From an uncultured Erysipelotrichaceae bacterium (GTDB lineage Bacteria; Bacillota_I; Bacilli_A; Erysipelotrichales; Erysipelotrichaceae): a stretch of 28,754 nucleotides of DNA. Positions 8,870-14,640 of this stretch are shown here, one piece after another. Positions within the stretch are counted from its first letter, which is position 1, and each line of letters starts with the position of its first letter. The stretch covers positions 1 through 28,754 of the forward strand of contig CAYWGS010000008.1 of NCBI GenBank assembly GCA_964457525.1, written 5' to 3'. The notes beneath the pieces were generated by a model that saw only the letters and a list, made by a program, of their open reading frames with translations, searched no databases and was not told the origin of the DNA. A program made the translations under genes and the position numbers.

Positions 8870-9659
8870 TTATCATATCCATTCAAATTTTAGTGTAGAC
8901 TCGAAGTTAGAGATGGAAGAGATTATCCAACAAGCAATAAACCTTGGTTTAGATGAAATCTGTTTTACGGATCATGTGGATTATGATGTTAAGAATCATA
9001 TTGTAGATAAACAAGAAGTGGATTATCCGAATTTCTTTAGTGAGTATGAACGAGTTAAGAATCTCTATAAAGACAAAATTACCATAAAAGTTGGATTGGA
9101 ATTTGGTGTACAACTTCATACGATGAATCGATATGTTGATGATATGAAAAAATATCCGATTGATTTTGTATTGTTAAGTTGCCATCAGATTGAGAATAAA
9201 GAATTATGGTTAAATGAATATCAGAAAGACAAAACACAAATTGAATATAATCGAGGTTATTATGAATACTTGTACCAACTCGTTGATCAATTTGATGACT
9301 TTAGTGTTTTAGGTCATTTGGATGTCATTAAGCGATACGATAATAATGGAGTACTTGATGATGAATATGTTATTGATATTATCGAAAAAATCTTAAAACG
9401 TGTCATTGAAAAGGGCAAAGGAATCGAAGTAAATACATCAAGCTATCGTTATAATTTGCCTGACTTAACTCCTTCAACTCGAATACTCAAGTTATATTAT
9501 GATTTAGGTGGAAGAATTTTAACGATGGGTTCAGATACACATAAAATAGAACATTTAAAGGATCACTTTGAAGAGATTATTCTTCAATTAAAAGCAATTG
9601 GATTTACAGAGTTGTATACTTTTGAAAAGATGAAAGCATATAAATATAAAATGGATTAA
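8859..9659 (+). CDS. PHP-domain phosphatase of the HisJ/HisK (histidinol-phosphatase) family
   Basis: 266 aa. N-terminal ADYHIHSNFSVDS, then FTDHVDY, a SCHQ... segment, GHLD and GSDTH form the PHP metal-ligand pattern. The gene overlaps the IMPase gene by 11 nt. Confidence 0.8.
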   Translation: MRADYHIHSNFSVDSKLEMEEIIQQAINLGLDEICFTDHVDYDVKNHIVDKQEVDYPNFFSEYERVKNLYKDKITIKVGLEFGVQLHTMNRYVDDMKKYPIDFVLLSCHQIENKELWLNEYQKDKTQIEYNRGYYEYLYQLVDQFDDFSVLGHLDVIKRYDNNGVLDDEYVIDIIEKILKRVIEKGKGIEVNTSSYRYNLPDLTPSTRILKLYYDLGGRILTMGSDTHKIEHLKDHFEEIILQLKAIGFTELYTFEKMKAYKYKMD

Positions 9660-9694
9660 AACCAAAGATTTTGATACTGAGGTTTTAAATAATG

Positions 9695-9727
9695 TAACTA
9701 ACTTAGTTTTTAAGTTAGTTATTTTAT
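9695..9727 (+). terminator. Rho-independent terminator after the PHP phosphatase gene
   Basis: Perfect 11-bp stem TAACTAACTTA / loop GTTTT / TAAGTTAGTTA, followed by TTTTATT. Confidence 0.8.
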
Positions 9728-9755
9728 TATGTGATTTCTATATTTGAGTAATCTA

Positions 9756-9783
9756 TTGACTGAGTTAATAATGATACTATATA
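9756..9783 (+). promoter_or_regulatory. Probable promoter of the orphan EIIC gene
   Basis: TTGACT (9756-9761), a 16-nt spacer, then TATATA (9778-9783), about 40 nt upstream of the start codon. Confidence 0.4.
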
Positions 9784-9822
9784 CTTACAATATAAGCTAA
9801 CTACTTAGAAAAGGAGGATAAT

Positions 9823-11100
9823 ATGGATTCTATAGTCAAGTTTTTTGAAGAAAAACTGGCTCCAGTAGCATCAAGAGTCTCAACTCAGAGACATCTTATG
9901 GCAATTCGTGATGGTTTAGTCCTTACGATGCCACTCATGATTGTCGGTTCAATCATCATAATATTTAGTACCGACTTTCCAGTTCCTGGTTGGGCTGAGT
10001 TTATTACTGGAATTTTCCCGACATGGGATGACTTTATTTGGGGTGTTGTGTTCTCGTCTACAATGAGTATTTCTGCATTAGTTGCTACAATGGGAATTAC
10101 ATTCTCACTTGTAAAATCGTATGGTGAAGAAGGTATTGTGGCTGCAGGCTTAGCATTTGCGGCATTCTTCTTATTACAAGATGGATCTTCTGGTGCTTGG
10201 AGTACGGGTATTCTAGGTGCTGAAGGATTATTCTTAGCGATTATCGTAGCGTTAATTGTTTCAGAAATTTATGTTCGTGTCATTAAAGCGAATATGGTTA
10301 TTCGACTACCTGAAAGTGTTCCTGTAGCAATTAGTCGTTCATTCGTTGCATTAGTTCCAGGAGCCATTATTATCGTTTTATTTGCACTCATTCATGTATT
10401 ATTTGCATTAACATCCTATGGAACAGCACAAGTCTTCATAATTAATGTGCTTCAAATTCCGTTGGTTACAATTTCAGCAAGTTATCTCGGTGCTATGTTT
10501 ACAAGTTTCTTTATTTCAATTTTCTGGGCATTTGGACTACATGGTGATTTAATTGTTGGATCTGTTGTTAATCCTTTAATTCAAGCTGGTTATTTAGCGA
10601 ATGTGGATGCTTTACGTCTTGGTTTAGAAATTCCTAATATTGCTGTTGAAGGGTTCCAATCGTTATTTATTAATGTAGGTGGGACTGGTGCTACTTTAGG
10701 TATTGCGATTGTTTGTGCATTCTTTGCTAAATCCAAACAATTAAGGCTTATTGGTCGATTATCTTTAGGTCCTGGTATTTTCAATATCAATGAACCAATC
10801 GTATTTGGTTTACCAATCGTATTAAATCCAATGTTGTTAATTCCGTATATTATTGCTCCACTTGTTGTCGGTACATTGACGTACTTTGCGATGGCGCTTA
10901 ACTTGGTGAATCGAATTGTTGCTGCACCACCTTGGACAACCCCTGTATTTATTGCGGGATTTATTGCTACGGGTGGTGACTTTAGAGCAGTCATTCTACA
11001 GGCGATTAACCTCGTTATTGTATTAGCTATTTACTATCCATTCTTAGCTGCATGGGATAAAAAACAATACGAACTTGAAAATAGTTCAGTAAAAGAATAG
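9823..11100 (+). CDS. PTS lactose/cellobiose-family EIIC permease (orphan: no EIIA/EIIB nearby)
   Basis: 425 aa polytopic membrane protein. N-terminal FFEEKLAPVASRVSTQRHLMAIRDGLVLTMPLMIVGS is typical of CelB/ChbC-type EIIC. A strong SD AAGGAGG precedes it. Confidence 0.85.
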   Translation: MDSIVKFFEEKLAPVASRVSTQRHLMAIRDGLVLTMPLMIVGSIIIIFSTDFPVPGWAEFITGIFPTWDDFIWGVVFSSTMSISALVATMGITFSLVKSYGEEGIVAAGLAFAAFFLLQDGSSGAWSTGILGAEGLFLAIIVALIVSEIYVRVIKANMVIRLPESVPVAISRSFVALVPGAIIIVLFALIHVLFALTSYGTAQVFIINVLQIPLVTISASYLGAMFTSFFISIFWAFGLHGDLIVGSVVNPLIQAGYLANVDALRLGLEIPNIAVEGFQSLFINVGGTGATLGIAIVCAFFAKSKQLRLIGRLSLGPGIFNINEPIVFGLPIVLNPMLLIPYIIAPLVVGTLTYFAMALNLVNRIVAAPPWTTPVFIAGFIATGGDFRAVILQAINLVIVLAIYYPFLAAWDKKQYELENSSVKE

Positions 11101-11135
11101 TTAAAGAAAACAATCTGAATTATCAGATTGTTTTT
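11101..11135. terminator. Bidirectional terminator between the convergent EIIC and GntR genes
   Basis: AAACAATCTGA / loop ATTA / TCAGATTGTTT, flanked by a T-run on the plus strand and, on the minus strand, TTTTCTTTAA. It overlaps the GntR stop codon. Confidence 0.8.
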
Positions 11136-11880
11136 AGTTCTGCTTATATACCATTAGATCAAATTCATTACGATCACCAATATAATACGAATGTGCGATT
11201 TCAACAACTCGATCGCGATCATCATATGCAAGTGATTCGACAAAATGGATTGCATGACCACTCTCGGTTTTTAATGTATCAGTTAATTCATCTGGGATAA
11301 TTTGTGCATCCACTACTTTTTTAATATGGCTTAACCATATATTAAATTTAGTTTCCAGTGTGTTATAGATAGGAGAGTTCTCGAAATTTATATTTTGAAG
11401 TCCTTGTATTAAGTCTAATGGATAATAAGATTCTTTTAATACAATGGGTAAATCAGAGCTATAATAAACCAACTTAACCTTAAGAACTTGTTTACTGTCT
11501 AATTGTTCATGAATCAATAAATCATGTTCGTTATTTGAAAGAACTTCTTTGCTTAAACAAACTACAGAAGGAGATAATCCCATATTCTCTAAGTCAATCT
11601 CAATATCAGAGAATTCACTAAAAAATGTGCTTTTTATTTCTTGTTCTTTTACAAATGTACCACGACTTTTAAAACGAATAATATAGTTTTCATCTAGTAA
11701 TTCTTTATAAGCTTGACGAACAACTGGTCTTGATATTCTAAATTCCTCACATAATTCTTCTTCAGTCGGAAGTTTATCATTTGGTTTTAATTGACCGTTC
11801 TTTATTGCTTGTTTGATTGAATCTTTCAATTGTGCATAAAGTGGTGTGCTACTACTTTTAAATAAAGAAATGTATTTCAT
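11134..11880 (-). CDS. GntR-family regulator, HutC/UTRA subfamily (paralogue B)
   Basis: 248 aa. N-terminal winged HTH (PLYAQLKDSIKQAI...NDKLPTEEELCEEFRISRPVVRQAYKELL...RFKSRGTFV) plus a UTRA-like C-terminal half. ATGA overlap with the upstream paralogue. SD AAGAGGAA lies inside the upstream gene. Confidence 0.85.
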   Translation of the reverse strand: MKYISLFKSSSTPLYAQLKDSIKQAIKNGQLKPNDKLPTEEELCEEFRISRPVVRQAYKELLDENYIIRFKSRGTFVKEQEIKSTFFSEFSDIEIDLENMGLSPSVVCLSKEVLSNNEHDLLIHEQLDSKQVLKVKLVYYSSDLPIVLKESYYPLDLIQGLQNINFENSPIYNTLETKFNIWLSHIKKVVDAQIIPDELTDTLKTESGHAIHFVESLAYDDRDRVVEIAHSYYIGDRNEFDLMVYKQN

Positions 11881-12635
11881 CGGTGATTCCTCTTAACGAC
11901 TAAACTGAATCGATTTCTAGTTCCTGGGAAGTAAGCAATGGAGTACTCTACAATTTTATTGTTTTGATTATAACTTTGAGTTTCAACTTTATGAACTGCA
12001 CTATGCTTTTGAATATCTAAAATTCTTGAGTCTGCCTCGGATACAATAACTGCTTTATACGTCGTATAAACTTTTGTTATTTGAGTATTATAATCCGATT
12101 CAAGCAACTTAAATAGTGATTCGTTCGCAAAATCATGTTGATCTAGATTTGGGAATTCTTCGAGTGAAACAAATGTTTCCTCAACATAAATAGGTGTATT
12201 GCTTCCTAGTCTCAACCGTTTATAATGCAAGCATTCTTGGCCTTTATTTAGACTTAGTATTGGATATGCTTTTTCATCCCATGTGATCTTTTCAATATAG
12301 ATAAGTTTTGTACTCGGTTGAAAACCCTGTCGAATCATCTCATTCGAAAAATCACTAAGTTCTTGTATGAAATTTCTCTCTTTATATACTTTCTTAACAA
12401 AAGTTCCCTTGCTTTTATGTCGTTCAATCCTGCCCATACTAAGTAAATCACTATAGGCTTGTCTTACTACTGTCTTTGAAATGTTATAAAATGAGCAAAT
12501 TTCGTTTTCTGTTGGTAATTTATCATTTTCTTTTAGGATGCCACTATCCATCGCTTTTAATAAACCGTCACGTAGTTGAGCATAGAGTGGAATAGATGAT
12601 AGTTTATTGATACTGATATCATGTAGAATTTTCAT
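11877..12635 (-). CDS. GntR-family regulator, HutC/UTRA subfamily (paralogue A)
   Basis: 252 aa. PLYAQLRDGLLKAM...NDKLPTENEICSFYNISKTVVRQAYSDLL...RHKSKGTFV. There is no SD. TGCTATAAT ends 6 nt before the ATG. Confidence 0.85.
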   Translation of the reverse strand: MKILHDISINKLSSIPLYAQLRDGLLKAMDSGILKENDKLPTENEICSFYNISKTVVRQAYSDLLSMGRIERHKSKGTFVKKVYKERNFIQELSDFSNEMIRQGFQPSTKLIYIEKITWDEKAYPILSLNKGQECLHYKRLRLGSNTPIYVEETFVSLEEFPNLDQHDFANESLFKLLESDYNTQITKVYTTYKAVIVSEADSRILDIQKHSAVHKVETQSYNQNNKIVEYSIAYFPGTRNRFSLVVKRNHR

Positions 12636-12641
12636 GTAAAA

Positions 12642-12650
12642 ATTATAGCA
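12642..12650 (-). promoter_or_regulatory. Extended -10 promoter (TGCTATAAT) positioned for a leaderless GntR-pair transcript
   Basis: Minus strand reads TGC-TATAAT-TTTTAC-ATG. The -10 ends 6 nt before the ATG at 12635 and there is no SD. Confidence 0.45.
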
Positions 12651-12652
12651 TA

Positions 12653-12664
12653 ATATAATTACAA
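12653..12664 (+). repeat. 12-bp direct repeat ATATAATTACAA (second copy at 12712-12723)
   Basis: The same 12-mer occurs twice, 59 bp apart, in the 103-bp divergent GntR/SIS intergenic region. Confidence 0.6.
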
Positions 12665-12689
12665 TAATACAATGATTAATAATGCGTTA

Positions 12690-12718
12690 TTGTTAAAAAA
12701 ACATTGTAATGATATAAT
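12690..12718 (+). promoter_or_regulatory. Sigma-A-type promoter of the SIS/RDD unit
   Basis: TTGTTA (12690-12695), a 17-nt spacer, then TATAAT (12713-12718), about 20 nt upstream of the AAGGAG SD. Confidence 0.55.
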
Positions 12719-12723
12719 TACAA
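12704..12723. promoter_or_regulatory. Candidate GntR/HutC operator: TTGTAAT-N6-ATTACAA palindrome over the -10 of the SIS promoter
   Basis: Perfect 7-bp inverted arms at 12704-12710 and 12717-12723. The GT...AC symmetry matches the generic GntR-family operator form. It overlaps TATAAT at 12713-12718. Confidence 0.4.
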
Positions 12724-12738
12724 AAAAGGAGAATACGT

Positions 12739-13482
12739 ATGGGTCAATCATTTCATAATTATGCAGATCATCTTAAGAGTTTAATTGATAAAGTAGAGTT
12801 TACACAAGAAAATAAAATCGATGAAGCAGCAAATCTAATCGTCGAAGCAATAGAGAATGGGAATTCAATTTTTGCGTTTGGGGCATCTCATGCAGGTATG
12901 TTATCGATGGAATTATTCTATCGTACAGGTGGGTTAGTTAATATCAATCCAATCTTTGCGGCAGATTTAATGTCTAATATTCGACCAGCGACACTAACGA
13001 GCGATATTGAGCGTTTAGAAGGCTATGGTACATTAATTCTTAATAATACGAGTATCAAGCAAGGGGATGTCTTAATCCTTCATTCCGTTTCAGGACGCAA
13101 TGCAGTAACGATTGATATGGGACTAGAGGCAAAGAAAAAGGGAATTAAGGTAATCGTAATAACAAACATTACCTACACAAGTCTCGTAACTTCACGTCAT
13201 TCAAGTCATTTAAAACTAAAAGATGTTGGGGATATTGTGATAGACAATTGTGGAGAATTTGAAGATTCAAGTCAGAAGATTCGTGGGGTTGAACAAAAAA
13301 TGGGGCCAACATCAACTGTAATTGGTGCATTTATTGTGAATGGTATAACATTAAAAGTTGCGGAGAAATTAGTTGAAAAAGGAGTTGAAGTTCCTGTTTT
13401 CCACAGTGCAAATATTGATGGTGGAGATGAACATAATAAGGCTTTAATGGAGAAATATAAAAACAATATTTTCTACATGTAA
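12739..13482 (+). CDS. SIS-domain protein of the UPF0309 type (putative sugar-phosphate isomerase/binding protein)
   Basis: 247 aa. GNSIFAFGASHAGMLSMELFYRTGGL and LILHSVSGRNAVTIDMGLEAKKKGIKVIVITN are SIS-fold motifs. SD AAGGAG lies upstream. Confidence 0.75.
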   Translation: MGQSFHNYADHLKSLIDKVEFTQENKIDEAANLIVEAIENGNSIFAFGASHAGMLSMELFYRTGGLVNINPIFAADLMSNIRPATLTSDIERLEGYGTLILNNTSIKQGDVLILHSVSGRNAVTIDMGLEAKKKGIKVIVITNITYTSLVTSRHSSHLKLKDVGDIVIDNCGEFEDSSQKIRGVEQKMGPTSTVIGAFIVNGITLKVAEKLVEKGVEVPVFHSANIDGGDEHNKALMEKYKNNIFYM

Positions 13483-13483
13483 T

Positions 13484-13903
13484 ATGAAATCAAATCTACT
13501 CGACAAAGCACTTACTGAGCAAACTAAGAAAAATTTATATTGGGCTAAGGCTCCAATTTATAAACGTATTTTAGCGTTTTTCATCGATTTATTTATTATG
13601 TTCCCAATCCAAAATATTACTCGATCCATTCATCCAATGTTGCCTGTATTTGCTGTTGCGCTTTATTTTATTCTATTAGAATCAAGCCCATGGCAAGGCA
13701 CGATTGGTAAAAGAGTATTAGGGATGAAAGTAGAATTAGTTAATGGAAATCGAATAAATATCGTACAAGCAACGATTCGATATGTAATTAAAGTATTTAC
13801 ATTAGCATTATTAGGAATAGGTTACTGGCCATTATTTTTAGGTAAACAGGCTCTTTGTGATCAAGTGATACAATCCACTGTTTTAGCATTAAGTGTAAAA
13901 TAA
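13484..13903 (+). CDS. RDD-family membrane protein
   Basis: 139 aa. KRILAFFIDLFIMFPI, several TM segments and GTIGKRVLGMKV are typical of RDD domains. It starts 2 nt after the SIS stop. Confidence 0.65.
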   Translation: MKSNLLDKALTEQTKKNLYWAKAPIYKRILAFFIDLFIMFPIQNITRSIHPMLPVFAVALYFILLESSPWQGTIGKRVLGMKVELVNGNRINIVQATIRYVIKVFTLALLGIGYWPLFLGKQALCDQVIQSTVLALSVK

Positions 13904-13937
13904 TTTAACTATAATAGTAATTATTCCTAATTTGCCA

Positions 13938-13966
13938 TTGTTTCTATTATCGGTTAAGACTATAAT
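13938..13966 (+). promoter_or_regulatory. Probable promoter of rubrerythrin
   Basis: TTGTTT (13938-13943), a 17-nt spacer, then TATAAT (13961-13966). Confidence 0.45.
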
Positions 13967-13997
13967 AATATTAGTTATAAGAAAGGTAATAAAAACA

Positions 13998-14534
13998 ATG
14001 AATTTAAAAGGAACTAAGACTGAAAAGAATTTACAAGCTGCATTTGCTGGAGAATCCATGGCAAATACAAAGTATACTTTCTACTCAATGAAAGCAAGAG
14101 AAGAAGGCTACGAACAAATCGCTGATTTCTTCAAAGAAACTGCACGTAATGAACAAGAACATGCATTCTTATGGTTCAAATTCTTACACGATGGTCTTCC
14201 AACTACAACTGAAAACTTAAAAGACGCGGCTGCTGGTGAAAACTATGAATGGACAACCATGTATGCGGATTTCGCAAAAGATGCGGAAGCTGAAGGTTTT
14301 GCGAAGATTGCATTCTTGATGAAAGAAGTTGGTAAAATTGAAGCTCGTCACGAAAAACGTTACCTTGATTTAGTTAAGAACATCGAAGATGATCGTGTCT
14401 TCAAGAAAGATGAAAAAGTTGTTTGGGAATGCGATATCTGTGGTTACCAAGTAGAAGCAAATAATGCGCCTTCTATCTGCCCAGTTTGTGGACAAAACCA
14501 CGCACACTTCGCAATCGACGAAAAGAATTATTAA
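13998..14534 (+). CDS. rbr: Rubrerythrin (diiron four-helix bundle plus C-terminal rubredoxin-like CxxC...CxxC)
   Basis: Starts MNLKGTKTEKNLQAAFAGESMANTKY. Contains EQEH and EARHEKRY ligand motifs and C-terminal CDICGY...CPVCG. The ATG at 13998 follows GAAAGG. The ORF-track start at 13932 is a TTG extension with no homology-like sequence. Confidence 0.9.
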   Translation: MNLKGTKTEKNLQAAFAGESMANTKYTFYSMKAREEGYEQIADFFKETARNEQEHAFLWFKFLHDGLPTTTENLKDAAAGENYEWTTMYADFAKDAEAEGFAKIAFLMKEVGKIEARHEKRYLDLVKNIEDDRVFKKDEKVVWECDICGYQVEANNAPSICPVCGQNHAHFAIDEKNY

Positions 14535-14543
14535 TTCAAAAAC

Positions 14544-14567
14544 GGACTAGAAATAGTCCTTTTTTTT
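14544..14567 (+). terminator. Rho-independent terminator after rubrerythrin
   Basis: GGACTA / loop GAAA / TAGTCC, followed by an 8-T run. Confidence 0.85.
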
Positions 14568-14576
14568 CGAACATTC

Positions 14577-14605
14577 TTGATTAAATCGCTTACATACGGT
14601 AACAT
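14577..14605 (+). promoter_or_regulatory. Possible promoter of the 5TMR-LYT/HD-GYP sensor gene
   Basis: TTGATT (14577-14582), a 17-nt spacer, then TAACAT (14600-14605). Confidence 0.3.
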
Positions 14606-14640
14606 TAATCTCAACGGATAGTGTGAAAAATGAGGTAATT

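Noticed and set aside
10590-10994. 134-aa minus-strand ORF inside the Lac/Cel EIIC gene
   Set aside because: It is antisense to a well-supported membrane-protein CDS. Its composition (Pro/Ile/Asn/Gly-rich) is typical of the shadow frame of a hydrophobic gene. The same reasoning applies to the other short antisense or alternate-frame ORFs in the track: 371-694, 1777-1992, 3788-4048, 4819-5025, 5661-5870, 6145-6372, 6415-6660, 8152-8461, 13272-13466, 15975-16202, 18622-18969, 19994-20182, 20720-20920, 21980-22276, 22879-23073, 25159-25365 and 26986-27177.
13960-13974. PerR box over the rubrerythrin -10 (CTATAATAATATTAG)
   Set aside because: The left half matches TTATAAT at 6 of 7 positions, but the right half matches ATTATAA at only 4 of 7. 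In this AT-rich promoter that is not distinguishable from chance.
13932-13997. 22-codon N-terminal extension of rubrerythrin from a TTG start
   Set aside because: The extension covers the promoter-like TTGTTT-17-TATAAT. Rubrerythrin homology begins at MNLKGTKTEKNLQ (ATG 13998), which has its own GAAAGG SD.
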